64,000 bases of DNA from Gemmatimonadales bacterium (GCA_035712285.1 DASTBA010000101.1:3686-67685); one strand, 5' to 3'; counted from the stretch's first letter, positions 39,086 to 49,219 are shown. Translations and numbers: made by a program. Notes: generated by a model not told the origin, from the sequence alone.

Positions 39086-40291
39086 ATGGCATTCGGGACG
39101 GTGGAACGCGCCATCGACGATCTGCGGAACGGCCGCATGATCGTCGTCGTGGACGACGAGGACCGGGAGAACGAAGGCGACCTCCTCTGCGCCGCGGAGC
39201 TGGTCACCCCCGAGCACATCAATTTCATGTCGCTGCACGGGCGCGGCCTCATCTGTCTTGCCCTCACGCCGGAGCGCTGCGACCAGCTCGGCATTCCGCA
39301 GCAGGTGGAGCGCAACACGGAGGAGCACGGCACCGCGTTCGCCGTGATGATCGACGCCGACCGCCGCTTCGGGGTCAGCACCGGGATCTCGGCCGGGGAC
39401 CGCGCCACCACGATTCACGTGGCCATCAATCCCGCCACCCAGCCGACCGACCTGCGGCGCCCCGGGCACATTCCGCCGCTCCGGGCGCGGCCCGGCGGCG
39501 TGCTGCAGCGCGTGGGGCATACCGAGGCGGCGGTGGATCTCGCCCGGCTCGCGGGCCTCTATCCGGCCGGCGTCATCTGCGAGATCCTGAACCCGGACGG
39601 CAGCATGGCCCGGCTGCCGGAGCTGCACCGCTTCGCGGAGGAGCACGGCCTCACGTTCGTGACGGTGGCGCAGCTGGTGGCCCACCGGCTTCAGACCGAG
39701 CGGCTGGTGCACCGGGTGGCGGAGGCGCGCCTCCCGACCGACTACGGCGAGTTCACCGTGATCGGGTACGCCAACGACGTGGACCAGGCGGAACATGTGG
39801 CCCTCGTGATGGGCGACGTGGCCGGCCAGCCCCGCATCCTGGTGCGCATGCACTCCAAGTGCCTGACGGGCGACGTCTTCCATTCCGCCCGCTGCGACTG
39901 CGGTTTCCAGCTGCACGCCGCGATGGAGCGGATCGCGGAGGAAGGCCGGGGGGTGATCGTGTACCTGGACCAGGAAGGGCGGGGCATCGGCCTCCTCAAC
40001 AAGCTCCGGGCCTATGCCCTGCAGGACTCAGGCGCCGACACCGTCACCGCGAACCAGCGGCTTGGCTTCGCGCCCGACCTCCGGAATTACGGCATCGGTG
40101 CGCAGATCCTCCGCGATCTCGGACTCTCGTCGATCCGCGTGATGACCAACAATCCCCGGAAGCTCGTCGGACTGGACGGCTACGGACTCGAGATTGTCGA
40201 GCGGGTGCCGCTCATCGCCTCCCGCACCGACGAGAACCGGGATTACCTCCAGGCCAAGCGGGACAAGCTGGGCCACCTGCTCACCTTCTGA
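39086..40291 (+). CDS. ribBA: bifunctional 3,4-dihydroxy-2-butanone-4-phosphate synthase / GTP cyclohydrolase II
   Basis: 401 aa. DHBP synthase region ([11 protein letters not shown]) plus GCH II region ([20 protein letters not shown]). Confidence 0.93.
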   Translation: MAFGTVERAIDDLRNGRMIVVVDDEDRENEGDLLCAAELVTPEHINFMSLHGRGLICLALTPERCDQLGIPQQVERNTEEHGTAFAVMIDADRRFGVSTGISAGDRATTIHVAINPATQPTDLRRPGHIPPLRARPGGVLQRVGHTEAAVDLARLAGLYPAGVICEILNPDGSMARLPELHRFAEEHGLTFVTVAQLVAHRLQTERLVHRVAEARLPTDYGEFTVIGYANDVDQAEHVALVMGDVAGQPRILVRMHSKCLTGDVFHSARCDCGFQLHAAMERIAEEGRGVIVYLDQEGRGIGLLNKLRAYALQDSGADTVTANQRLGFAPDLRNYGIGAQILRDLGLSSIRVMTNNPRKLVGLDGYGLEIVERVPLIASRTDENRDYLQAKRDKLGHLLTF

Positions 40292-40295
40292 CGCG

Positions 40296-40769
40296 ATGAA
40301 CGAGATCCAGGGCCGCCTGCGGGCGGCGGGCCGCATGGCCATCATCGTGAGCCGCTACAACGAGCTGGTCACCACACGCCTGCTCGAAGGGGCTCGCGCG
40401 GCCTGCGAGGCGGCCGGTGTGCAGCCGGGCCAGGTGGACATGGTCTGGGTGCCGGGCGCGTTCGAGCTGCCGGCCGTGGCCAGCGCGCTCGCGGCCAGCG
40501 GCCGCTACTCGTGTCTCGTGGCGCTCGGCGCTGTGATCCGCGGCGAGACGCCGCACTTCGATTTCGTGGCCGGCGAGGCGGCGCGCGGCCTCAACGCGGT
40601 GGCCGTCCGGCACGGGCTGCCGGTCGGATTCGGTGTGCTGACGGTGGATTCGCTCGAGCAGGCGATGGACCGGGCTGGCGGGAGCGCCGGCAACAAGGGA
40701 CGTGAGGCGGCCGAGGCCGCCATCATGGCGGCGGACGCGCTGGCGCAGCTTCGGTCGGGCCATGTCTGA
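40296..40769 (+). CDS. ribH: 6,7-dimethyl-8-ribityllumazine synthase
   Basis: 157 aa. IIVSRYNELVT, VPGAFELP and VIRGETPHFDFV motifs. Confidence 0.92.
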   Translation: MNEIQGRLRAAGRMAIIVSRYNELVTTRLLEGARAACEAAGVQPGQVDMVWVPGAFELPAVASALAASGRYSCLVALGAVIRGETPHFDFVAGEAARGLNAVAVRHGLPVGFGVLTVDSLEQAMDRAGGSAGNKGREAAEAAIMAADALAQLRSGHV

Positions 40770-41184
40770 TCATCGGCTGGACACGAAGGGGCGGGCCCGG
40801 GCGCTGCAGATGCTCTACGCCTGGGAGATCGATTCCCAGGTCCCGCTGGAGTATGTGACCCGGCGGGTGGCTCACCTGATCCGTCCGGACGCGGGCGTGA
40901 CGTCACTGGCTGCGGCGCATGCCGGCCGGGTGGTCGCCAATGTCGGCACGCTCGACCGCCGTGCAGCGGCGGCAGCGGACAACTGGCGATGGGACCGGGT
41001 CGGCCTGATCGAGCGGAACATTCTCCGGCTTGCGATCCAGGAGCTGGAGGACGGCGGGACACCGCCCAAGGTCGTGATTGACGAGGCGATCCGCCTCGCG
41101 CGGTGGTTCGGCGGCACCCGCGCGCCCGCCTTCGTCAACGGGGTGCTGGACCGCGTGGCGCGGGATCTGGGCCGGCTGGACTGA
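40762..41184 (+). CDS. nusB: transcription antitermination factor NusB
   Basis: 140 aa. ARALQMLYAWEI and ERNILRLAIQEL motifs, in the classical ribH-nusB arrangement. Confidence 0.88.
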   Translation: MSDHRLDTKGRARALQMLYAWEIDSQVPLEYVTRRVAHLIRPDAGVTSLAAAHAGRVVANVGTLDRRAAAAADNWRWDRVGLIERNILRLAIQELEDGGTPPKVVIDEAIRLARWFGGTRAPAFVNGVLDRVARDLGRLD

Positions 41185-41191
41185 GCCGCAC

Positions 41192-42313
41192 GTGAATATC
41201 CTGCTCGTCAACTGGCTGGACCGCACCAATCCGCAGGCCGGCGGCGCGGAGGTCCACGTGTTCGAGATCTTCCGGCGGCTGGTGGAGCGGGGCCACCGTG
41301 TGAGAATGGTCAGTTCCGGCTGGCCCGGGTGCGATCCGCACAGTGTCGTGCAGGGGCTCGAGGTGGAGCGGGTGGCCGGCCGCAACAGTTTTGCCTTGCA
41401 CGGTCGCGGCGCGGTGCGCCGGGCCATCCGGCGGGACCGGCCAGATATCGTCGTGGAAGACATCAACAAGATCCCGCTCTTCCTGCCGGGGCTCTCGACA
41501 CTCCCATTCTGTGCCGTCGTGCCGCATCTCTTCGGGGAGACCGCATTCCAGGAGGCGCCCTGGCCGATGGCGGCGCTGGTGTGGTTGGCGGAGCGTCCGA
41601 TCCCCCGCATGTACCGCCGAGCCGGCTTTCACGCGATCAGCGAAAGCACCCGCGACGACCTCGTCCGGCGGGGCGTCCCTGTGGATATGATCCGCGTGAT
41701 TCATCCCGGCGTGGATGCCGCGCACTACGCGCCGGACCCCTCCATTCCGCGTTCCAACCCTCCCGCATTCCTTTATATCGGCCGGCTTAAACGCTACAAG
41801 GGCGTGGACTTGGTGGTTCGGGCCCTGGCGCTCGCGAGGCGCCAGCGCCCGGATCTGAGCCTGGATATTGCCGGCAATGGCGATGCCCGCGAGGCGCTGG
41901 AAGCGCTCGTGCGCGAGCTGGGCCAGGAGGCAGCGGTGCGGTTTCGCGGCTTCGTGACCGAGACGGAGAAGCTTCGGCTGTTGCGTTCGAGCTGGGCGAA
42001 CATATTTCCTTCACCCAAGGAAGGGTGGGGGATCACGGTGGTCGAGGCCGCGGCCTGCGGCACGCCGTCCATTGCCTCGGACAGTCCCGGGCTCCGCGAT
42101 TCGGTGCGGGATGGCGTGTCGGGATGGCTGGTGCCGCACGGCGACGTCGAAGCCCTGGCCGACCGGATGCTCCGCCTGGTGGCCGATCCGCAGATGGTGG
42201 AGACGCTGGGCGGGGGTGGACGGCGCTTCGCGGAGCAGTTGACCTGGGACGCCGCCGCCCGCGCGACCGAGGAGCACCTGCACGAGATCATCAATCGCTC
42301 GGCAGCACGCTGA
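41192..42313 (+). CDS. GT4-family (GT-B fold) glycosyltransferase
   Basis: 373 aa. C-terminal EGWGITVVEAAACGTPSIASDSPGLRDSV (E-x7-E-type motif). GTG start 7 nt after the nusB stop. Confidence 0.8.
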   Translation: MNILLVNWLDRTNPQAGGAEVHVFEIFRRLVERGHRVRMVSSGWPGCDPHSVVQGLEVERVAGRNSFALHGRGAVRRAIRRDRPDIVVEDINKIPLFLPGLSTLPFCAVVPHLFGETAFQEAPWPMAALVWLAERPIPRMYRRAGFHAISESTRDDLVRRGVPVDMIRVIHPGVDAAHYAPDPSIPRSNPPAFLYIGRLKRYKGVDLVVRALALARRQRPDLSLDIAGNGDAREALEALVRELGQEAAVRFRGFVTETEKLRLLRSSWANIFPSPKEGWGITVVEAAACGTPSIASDSPGLRDSVRDGVSGWLVPHGDVEALADRMLRLVADPQMVETLGGGGRRFAEQLTWDAAARATEEHLHEIINRSAAR

Positions 42314-42327
42314 GCAGGAGGCGATAG

Positions 42328-42642
42328 ATGGAAACGACGATCACGGCTCGCCACTGCGAGATCGGGCCGGCCCTCCGGGAGCGGGCATCGAGCATCACCG
42401 GGCGCCTCGGCACCGTGGCATCGCGCCCGATGGACGCCACGGTCGTGTTCGACCAGAACGGCCTCGCCTGCGTGGCCGAGATCCGGTTCCGCGTGGCGCG
42501 CGGTGACGTGCTCGTCGCGTCGGCGGAGGCCGCCGATCATCGCACGGCACTCGATCGCGCGGAGGAGAAGCTCCGCCGCCAGCTGGAGAAGACCGGCAGC
42601 CGCTACAAGGCGGGGCGCCATGCCGGGACTCCGGACGCATGA
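42328..42642 (+). CDS. hpf: ribosome hibernation/associated inhibitor protein (short HPF/YfiA type)
   Basis: 104 aa. Sigma-54-modulation-protein/S30EA fold signature (ITARHCEI...LRERASSITGRL...DHRTALDRAEEKLRRQLEK). AGGAGG precedes the ATG. Confidence 0.8.
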   Translation: METTITARHCEIGPALRERASSITGRLGTVASRPMDATVVFDQNGLACVAEIRFRVARGDVLVASAEAADHRTALDRAEEKLRRQLEKTGSRYKAGRHAGTPDA

Positions 42643-43604
42643 TGCTGACCCTCCGCGAGCTGCTGACGCGGCGGGGCGACCCGCTGCAGCTCGAGTCCCT
42701 CACCGGGGAGCTGGGGCTGGACCGGCCGCTCCCCGACGAGGAGATCTCGAGTCCGGGCCTGGCGCTCGCGGGCTACACGGCGCGCTTCACGGCGGGCCGG
42801 CTGCACGTGTTTGGCGAGACCGAGATCACCTACCTCGGCACGCTCACCCCGGAGGCGCGCCTCGCCGCCCTGGGTGCCTTCTTCAGCTTCGACCTCCCCT
42901 GCGTGTTCGTCACCAAGGGCCAGGCGGTGCCGGCCGAGATGCTGGCGCTGGCCACCGAGCGGAGCGTGCCGGTGCTCCGCTCGCGGCTCCGGACGGCGGA
43001 GTTCTACCGCCGCATCAAGCCGATCCTGGAAGAGGCGTTCGCCCCCAGCACCACGTTGCACGGCTCGCTGGCGGACGTGTACGGGGTCGGCCTGCTGTTC
43101 ATCGGCCGTTCCGGCATCGGCAAGAGCGAGTGCGTCCTTGACCTGGTCGAGCGCGGCCACCGCCTGGTGGCGGACGACGTGGTGCAGGTCACCCGGCGCG
43201 GCGACTCGGTGCTGATCGGGCGGGGGCACGAACTCGCCGGCCATCACATGGAGATCCGCGGCATCGGCCTGATTGACATCCCGGCCCTGTTCGGGGTGCG
43301 CGCCGTGCGGCAGCAGAAGCGGATCGAGGTCGTGGTGCAGCTCGAGGACTGGGAAACGGCCCGGGACCAGGACCGCACCGGCCTCGCCCAGCAGAAGATG
43401 GACATCCTGGATGTCGAGATTCCCCGGGTGGTGGTGGCGCTCAATCCGGGCAAGAACATCACGGTCATCGCGGAGGTGGTGGCCATGATGCACCTGCTCC
43501 GCTACTCTGGTGTTGACGTCGCCGCGTCATTCAACGAACGGCTCATCCGCCGCATGAAGGAACAACGCGGCCTGCGCGAGTATCTGCAGCATGACTACGA
43601 ATAA
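42639..43604 (+). CDS. hprK: HPr kinase/phosphorylase (full-length)
   Basis: 321 aa. P-loop GRSGIGKSE and signature HHMEIRGIGLIDI. Confidence 0.92.
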   Translation: MMLTLRELLTRRGDPLQLESLTGELGLDRPLPDEEISSPGLALAGYTARFTAGRLHVFGETEITYLGTLTPEARLAALGAFFSFDLPCVFVTKGQAVPAEMLALATERSVPVLRSRLRTAEFYRRIKPILEEAFAPSTTLHGSLADVYGVGLLFIGRSGIGKSECVLDLVERGHRLVADDVVQVTRRGDSVLIGRGHELAGHHMEIRGIGLIDIPALFGVRAVRQQKRIEVVVQLEDWETARDQDRTGLAQQKMDILDVEIPRVVVALNPGKNITVIAEVVAMMHLLRYSGVDVAASFNERLIRRMKEQRGLREYLQHDYE

Positions 43605-43971
43605 GCCGCTGCTGGGTGTGGTGGTGGGGCACGGATCGGTGGCCGCGGCGCTGGTGGACGCGGTCGGCCGGATCACCGGCGAGCAGGATGCCCTGGTGCC
43701 GGTCTCCAACACCGACTGCGACCGCGGGGCGCTCGAGGCCCGGGTGGAGGCCGCCGTGGGCGCGGGACCGGCCGTCGTGTTCGTGGACCTCGCGGCCGGC
43801 TCCTGCCTGCTGGCGACCCTTACCCGGCTCCGCGGTCGCGACGACGTCGAAGTCGTGACCGGGGTCAACCTCGCCATGCTGGTGGACTTCGTGTACCATC
43901 GCGCCCTGCCGGTCTCCGAGGCCGCCGCACGGGCCGCCGAGAGCGGCGTGCGGGCGATCAAGGTCCCCTAG
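43591..43971 (+). CDS. PTS mannose-family EIIA component
   Basis: 126 aa. N-terminal LLGVVVGHGSVA with the phosphorylatable His in a GHG context. Overlaps the hprK 3' end by 14 nt. Confidence 0.75.
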   Translation: MTTNKPLLGVVVGHGSVAAALVDAVGRITGEQDALVPVSNTDCDRGALEARVEAAVGAGPAVVFVDLAAGSCLLATLTRLRGRDDVEVVTGVNLAMLVDFVYHRALPVSEAAARAAESGVRAIKVP

Positions 43972-44447
43972 TGCCGATCCTGCTCAACCGGGTGGACGAC
44001 CGGCTCATTCACGGACAGGTGGTGATCGGCTGGGGGCGTCCCCTCGGCCTGCAGCGCATCATCCTCGTGGACGACGCCGTCGCGGCCAATGACTGGGAGC
44101 AGGATCTCTATCGCATGGCGGTGACCTCCGGCATCGAGGTGCTGTTCGCCACCGTGGACCAGGCGTCGGCCCGGCTCGCCGAGTGGCAGGCCTCGCCGCT
44201 CCGCACGGTGGTGCTGACCGGGACCATCGACGCCATGGCCCGGCTGTACCGCGCCGACGGGGCCGTCATTCGCAAGATCAACCTGGGCGGGGTGCATCAC
44301 CGGCCGGGGAGGCGTGAGCGCCTGCCGTATCTCTACCTCACGGACGAAGAGCTGGGGACACTGCGCGGCCTCGTGGCCGCGGGGGCGCAGGTGAGCGCGC
44401 AGGACGTGCCGACCGCCTCACCGGTCTCGCTGGAGGCCATCGCGTGA
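43971..44447 (+). CDS. PTS mannose/sorbose-family EIIB component
   Basis: 158 aa. VDDRLIHGQVV active-site His signature near the N-terminus. Confidence 0.85.
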   Translation: MPILLNRVDDRLIHGQVVIGWGRPLGLQRIILVDDAVAANDWEQDLYRMAVTSGIEVLFATVDQASARLAEWQASPLRTVVLTGTIDAMARLYRADGAVIRKINLGGVHHRPGRRERLPYLYLTDEELGTLRGLVAAGAQVSAQDVPTASPVSLEAIA

Positions 44448-45124
44448 CCTTCCCGCCCGAGGTCTGGCTCGCGCTGCTGCTCTGGGGCACCCTGGTCGCG
44501 CTGGATCTCGTCAGCGTGCCGCAGGCGATGATCGCTCGCCCGCTCGTCGCCGGCTCCATCGCCGGCTGGCTGGTGGGAGATTTCGTGGCGGGCTTCCGGG
44601 TCGCGGTGGTGATGGAACTGTTCGCGCTCGACGTGCTGCCGGTGGGCGCGGCCCGCTATCCCGACTACGGGCCGGCCACGGTCGGTGCGGTCGCGTTCAT
44701 CGCTCATCGGGGGGCGTGGGAGGTCTCGCTGGGTGTGGCTGTGGCGCAGGCGCTCGCCGTGGCCTGGGTCGGCGGCTGGAGCCTCCGGATCCTGCGGCAC
44801 CGGATCGCGCGTGCCATTGCCGGCCGCGCAGCGGCGCTGGATGCCGGCGACCCGGCCACCATCCGCCGGATCCAGCTCGGCTCCATCGCGCGGGACGCGT
44901 GCAGGGGCCTGCTGCTCACGGTGCTGGCGCTGCTGCTGGCCTGGGTGGTTGCCCGCTGGGTACCGGTCGATCCGGGGACCGGCGCACTGCTCAGCGTGAT
45001 CGCCGTCGGCTCCGGTGTGGCGGCGATTCTGGGCGGTGCGTTGCGGAGCGCCGGCCGCGGCGCGCGGCTCCGGTGGCTCGTCGCCGGATGTGCCGTGGGC
45101 GCGCTGCTGGTGTGGGCCACATGA
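44444..45124 (+). CDS. PTS mannose-family EIIC membrane component
   Basis: 226 aa polytopic membrane protein between EIIB and EIID. GTGA overlap with the EIIB gene. Confidence 0.7.
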   Translation: MTFPPEVWLALLLWGTLVALDLVSVPQAMIARPLVAGSIAGWLVGDFVAGFRVAVVMELFALDVLPVGAARYPDYGPATVGAVAFIAHRGAWEVSLGVAVAQALAVAWVGGWSLRILRHRIARAIAGRAAALDAGDPATIRRIQLGSIARDACRGLLLTVLALLLAWVVARWVPVDPGTGALLSVIAVGSGVAAILGGALRSAGRGARLRWLVAGCAVGALLVWAT

Positions 45125-45855
45125 AGGGCGAGGGTGCGGCCCGGCGCCGTCTCTTCGCGGTGCAGGGGGCCTGGAACTACGAGCGCATGCTGGGGGTCGG
45201 CATGGGCTACGCGGCCCGCCCGCTGCTGGAGGATCTCCGGGGCGCCGATCCGGAACGGTTTGCCGAAGCCAGCGCACGGTCGGCCGAGTTCTTCAACTGC
45301 CATCCGTACCTGGCGGGCCTGGCGCTGGGTGCGACCGTGCGGGCCGAGTACGACCGGGTTCCCGGCGATCAGATCGCGCGCCTCCGGGCGGCACTCTGCA
45401 GCCCGCTCGGTGCGCTGGGAGATCAGCTGTTCTGGGCCGGAACCCTTCCCGCCATGCTCGGGGCTGCCCTTGCGGCCATCGCATTCGGCGCGCGCTGGTA
45501 CGCCGTGGTGGCGTTCCTGGTGGTCTTCAACGCCGTCCGCCTGTACGTGGCGCGCTGGACCCTGGCCGCAGGCCTGCAGGCCGGAATGCGGGTCGGCAAC
45601 GCGATCGGCGCGTCGCGATTGCCACGGCTGGTTGCGCTGGCGGGCCCGGCGGCGGGATTCGCGGTGGGCGTGGCCACGCCGCTGATCGGGCGCTGGCTGC
45701 TGTCGCCATTCGGATCACGGGCCGTGTTCGGCACCGTGCTGCTCGCCGCCGCGGGGCTGGCCGCCAGCCGGCTCGCCGGGCCCCGCTATTCCGCGCCGCG
45801 ATTCACCCTGATCGCCATGGGAGGCGCTGTGCTGCTCCGATGGATATTGTCGTGA
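45121..45855 (+). CDS. PTS mannose-family EIID membrane component
   Basis: 244 aa. N-terminal LFAVQGAWNYERMLGVGMGY and FFNCHPYLAGLALG, typical of EIID-AGA/ManZ. Confidence 0.8.
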   Translation: MKGEGAARRRLFAVQGAWNYERMLGVGMGYAARPLLEDLRGADPERFAEASARSAEFFNCHPYLAGLALGATVRAEYDRVPGDQIARLRAALCSPLGALGDQLFWAGTLPAMLGAALAAIAFGARWYAVVAFLVVFNAVRLYVARWTLAAGLQAGMRVGNAIGASRLPRLVALAGPAAGFAVGVATPLIGRWLLSPFGSRAVFGTVLLAAAGLAASRLAGPRYSAPRFTLIAMGGAVLLRWILS

Positions 45856-46118
45856 TGGAACGTGACGCCGTGATCGTGAACCCGCTGGGAATGCATGCCC
45901 GGCCGGCGGCGCAGATCGTGCGTGCAGCGGCCTCGTTTGCCGCGGATGTGCGCCTGGCGAAGGATGGCACCGAGGTGAATGGCAAGAGCATCATGGGAGT
46001 CATGATGCTGGCGGCCGAGTGCGGCAGCACCGTGACGGTGCGCGCCGACGGCCCCGACGAGGCGGCGGCGGTGGCCGCCATCTGCGCACTCATTGCCGGG
46101 GGCTTTGGCGAGGCATGA
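45855..46118 (+). CDS. ptsH: phosphocarrier protein HPr
   Basis: 87 aa. His15 context NPLGMHARPAA and Ser46 context VNGKSIMGVMML are both present. Confidence 0.92.
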   Translation: MERDAVIVNPLGMHARPAAQIVRAAASFAADVRLAKDGTEVNGKSIMGVMMLAAECGSTVTVRADGPDEAAAVAAICALIAGGFGEA

Positions 46119-47905
46119 CCGACGACCGGCTGCTCCGCGGCATCGGGGTATCCCCGGGCACCGCCTGGGCGCCGGCGCTCGTGGTGCGCCTGGAGTTTCC
46201 CGATGTGCCGGATCGGACGGTGCCGGAGAGTGAAGTCGAGAACGAGGTGCGCCGGCTCCACGCGGCGGCCCGCGTGGTGGTCGCCCACCTGCGCGATCTC
46301 CGGGACCGGGTCCTGGAGCGCGCCGGCGACGATGAAGCGCGGATTTTCGACGCCCAGATGCTGATGGCGCAGGATCCGGAGTTCCTCGGCTCGGTGGAAC
46401 AGGTGATCCGCAACAACCGCTTCAGCGCCGAGACTGCCTACGAGTTCAAGGCGCTGGAGCTCCTGCAACTGTTCGAGAACTCGAGCAGCCCCCAGCTGCG
46501 CGAACGCCTCCCGGACCTGCACGCGATCCAGATGCGGATGCTCCACCGGCTCACCGGACGGCGGGAAACCGATCCCTGGACCATCGAAGCCGACGAACAC
46601 GTCGTGATCGTGGCGCACGAACTCTCGCCCGGGCTCACGGTGCAGCTGGACCGGGAGCATGTGGCGGGCCTCGTGAGCGAGGAAGGGACCCGCACGTCGC
46701 ACGCGGCCATCCTGGCGCACTCGCTCGGAATCCCGGCGGTGATGGGCGTCCCCGGTGCGCTCCGCCGGATCCGGAGCGGCGACATGGTGCTGCTCGACGG
46801 GCAGAGCGGCCGCATCCTCGTCAATCCGTCCGCGGAGGAACTGGAAGCGGCGCGCACGCGGCTCTCGCGCCGGCGGCGCTTCGAGATGCAGCTCGAATCC
46901 GTGGTGGGCCAGCCGGCGGTGACGCCCGACGGCACGCGCATCACCCTGATGGGGAACGTGGACCTGCCGGACGAGATCGATGCCGCGGTGCGAAACCGGG
47001 CGGAAGGGGTGGGACTGCTCCGCACCGAGTTCCTGCTGGGCGGCCGCACCACCATGCCCGGCGAGGAAGAGCAGGCCGGCTACTTCCGGCGGGTGGCCTC
47101 GGCGTTTCCCGAGCATGAAGTGATCATCCGGAGCTTCGATCTCGGGGGCGACAAGTTCCCCGCGGCCTTCAAGACCACGCACGAACCGAACCCCTTCCTG
47201 GGGTGGCGTTCGATCCGGGTCTGCCTCGACCACCCGGACCTGTTCCGGGAGCAGCTCCGCGCGGTGCTCCGGGCGGCGCACAACCGGCGGCTCAAGCTCA
47301 TGTTGCCGCTCATCACGACGGTGGCGGAGGTGGACCGCTCCCGCGAGCTGCTGGCGGAGGAATCGGCGCGGCTCCAGGCAGCCGGCATCCCGGCGGCGCG
47401 CACGGTGCCGGTGGGCGTGATGGTGGAGACGCCGGCGGCGGTGCTCATGGGAGATCGCCTGGCCGAGGTGAGCGATTTCTTCAGCGTGGGGACCAACGAC
47501 CTCACGCAGTACACCATGGCGGTGGATCGCGGCAACGCGCGCCTCGCCGACCGCTTTCAGCCGCACGACCCGGCGATGCTGCGCCAGCTTCGCGCCATCC
47601 TCGAGGCCGGCGCCCGGATCCCGGTGGGCGTCTGCGGCGAGATGGCGTCCGAACCGCTGGACGCGCTGCTGCTTGTCGGCCTGGGCTACCGGTCGCTCAG
47701 CGTGGCGCCGCCCGCCCTGGTGATCGTGAAGTGGCTGCTCCGTGCCGTGCCGCTGGCGGAGGCGCGCGCCGCCGCCGAAGCCGCGCTGGCCGCCCGTCAT
47801 GCCGATGACGTGCGCGTCATCCTGCGCGAGACGGCCGCCCGCCACGTGGACATTCGCCTGCTGGAGCCCGAAGGCGACATTGCCCGCCCGCTGGTGCATC
47901 GCTAG
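46115..47905 (+). CDS. ptsI: phosphoenolpyruvate--protein phosphotransferase (PTS Enzyme I)
   Basis: 596 aa. Phospho-His region GTRTSHAAILAHSLGIPAV and PEP-utilising C-terminal signature FFSVGTNDLTQYT. Confidence 0.93.
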   Translation: MTDDRLLRGIGVSPGTAWAPALVVRLEFPDVPDRTVPESEVENEVRRLHAAARVVVAHLRDLRDRVLERAGDDEARIFDAQMLMAQDPEFLGSVEQVIRNNRFSAETAYEFKALELLQLFENSSSPQLRERLPDLHAIQMRMLHRLTGRRETDPWTIEADEHVVIVAHELSPGLTVQLDREHVAGLVSEEGTRTSHAAILAHSLGIPAVMGVPGALRRIRSGDMVLLDGQSGRILVNPSAEELEAARTRLSRRRRFEMQLESVVGQPAVTPDGTRITLMGNVDLPDEIDAAVRNRAEGVGLLRTEFLLGGRTTMPGEEEQAGYFRRVASAFPEHEVIIRSFDLGGDKFPAAFKTTHEPNPFLGWRSIRVCLDHPDLFREQLRAVLRAAHNRRLKLMLPLITTVAEVDRSRELLAEESARLQAAGIPAARTVPVGVMVETPAAVLMGDRLAEVSDFFSVGTNDLTQYTMAVDRGNARLADRFQPHDPAMLRQLRAILEAGARIPVGVCGEMASEPLDALLLVGLGYRSLSVAPPALVIVKWLLRAVPLAEARAAAEAALAARHADDVRVILRETAARHVDIRLLEPEGDIARPLVHR

Positions 47906-47972
47906 CTTGCTCCGTTCGGCCGCGCGTGCGCGCGGCATTCCGCTGACCCGAATCCCGGCGAGAGCCTGACCG

Positions 47973-49214
47973 ATGGCCGCTTCCAAGCGTCACGTCTTCA
48001 CATCCGAATCCGTCACCGAAGGACATCCCGACAAGGTTGCCGACCAGATTTCCGACGCGGTGCTGGACGCCATCCTCGATACCGACCCGAACGGACGCGT
48101 GGCGTGCGAGACGATGGTCACGACCGGCATGGCCGTCGTGGCCGGCGAGATCACGACCAGCACCTATGTGCACATCCCGGACATCGTGCGACGCACGGTG
48201 CGCCGGATCGGCTACACCGACGCCGAGTTCGGCTTCGACGCCGATTCCTGCGCCGTCATGGCCGCGATCGACCGGCAGTCGCCCGATATCGCGATGGGCG
48301 TCAACAGCTCGCGCAGCAAGGACCAGGGCGCGGGCGACCAGGGCATGATGTTCGGCTACGCCTGCCGCGAGACCCGCGAGCGGATGCCGCTCCCGATCCT
48401 GCTGGCGCACAAGATGACGGAACGGCTGGCCGCGGTGCGGAAGGGCACGGCGGGATCGGGGCCCATCGAGTGGCTCCGGCCCGACGGCAAGAGCCAGGTC
48501 TCGGTGGAGTACGAGGGCGACCGCCCGGTGGCCGTGAAGGCGGTGGTGATCTCGACCCAGCACGCCGAACGCACCGGCGGGCGCACGCTGTCGGAGAGCC
48601 GGCTCCGCAGTACGATCATCGACGAGGTCATCCGGCCGGTGCTGGACAAGGCCGGCATCGAATCGCGGCGCGTGAAGATGTTCATCAACCCGACCGGCCG
48701 CTTCGTCATCGGCGGCCCGCACGGCGACGCCGGCCTCACCGGCCGCAAGATCATCGTGGACACCTACGGTGGCATGGCGCGGCACGGCGGCGGCGCCTTC
48801 AGCGGGAAGGATCCCTCCAAGGTGGATCGCAGCGCGGCGTATGCGATGCGCTGGGTGGCGAAGAACATCGTGGAGGCGGGGCTGGCCCGGCGCTGCGAGG
48901 TGCAGGTGGCGTATGCCATCGGCGTGGCGGAGCCGGTCTCGGTCATGGTGGACACCTTCGGCACCGGCGTGGTGCCGGACCCGCGCCTGGAGCGCGCGGT
49001 GCGCGAGGTGTTCGATCTCCGCCCGCGGGCCCTCATCGAGGCGCTCAAGCTCAAGCGTCCCATCTACTCGCCCACCGCCGCCTACGGCCACTTCGGGCGG
49101 CGCCCGTACACCGGCCGCTATGCCGGCGGGGAGCACCGGTCGAAGCGCAAGCTCACCTTCTTCACCTGGGAAGAGACCAACCGCGTGAAGGACCTGCTGA
49201 CCGCGGTCAAGTAG
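47973..49214 (+). CDS. metK: S-adenosylmethionine synthase
   Basis: 413 aa. [25 protein letters not shown] and [16 protein letters not shown] motifs. Confidence 0.95.
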   Translation: MAASKRHVFTSESVTEGHPDKVADQISDAVLDAILDTDPNGRVACETMVTTGMAVVAGEITTSTYVHIPDIVRRTVRRIGYTDAEFGFDADSCAVMAAIDRQSPDIAMGVNSSRSKDQGAGDQGMMFGYACRETRERMPLPILLAHKMTERLAAVRKGTAGSGPIEWLRPDGKSQVSVEYEGDRPVAVKAVVISTQHAERTGGRTLSESRLRSTIIDEVIRPVLDKAGIESRRVKMFINPTGRFVIGGPHGDAGLTGRKIIVDTYGGMARHGGGAFSGKDPSKVDRSAAYAMRWVAKNIVEAGLARRCEVQVAYAIGVAEPVSVMVDTFGTGVVPDPRLERAVREVFDLRPRALIEALKLKRPIYSPTAAYGHFGRRPYTGRYAGGEHRSKRKLTFFTWEETNRVKDLLTAVK

Positions 49215-49219
49215 GACTG

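Noticed and set aside
47906-47972. Possible SAM riboswitch in the 67-nt spacer upstream of metK (contains the hairpin GCCGCGCG-TG-CGCGCGGC)
   Set aside because: The spacer is too short for SAM-I/IV, and I cannot recognise SAM-II, SAM-V, SAM-VI or SAM/SAH consensus elements. It is more likely a ptsI terminator or structural hairpin. Running cmsearch with the SAM riboswitch families would settle it.
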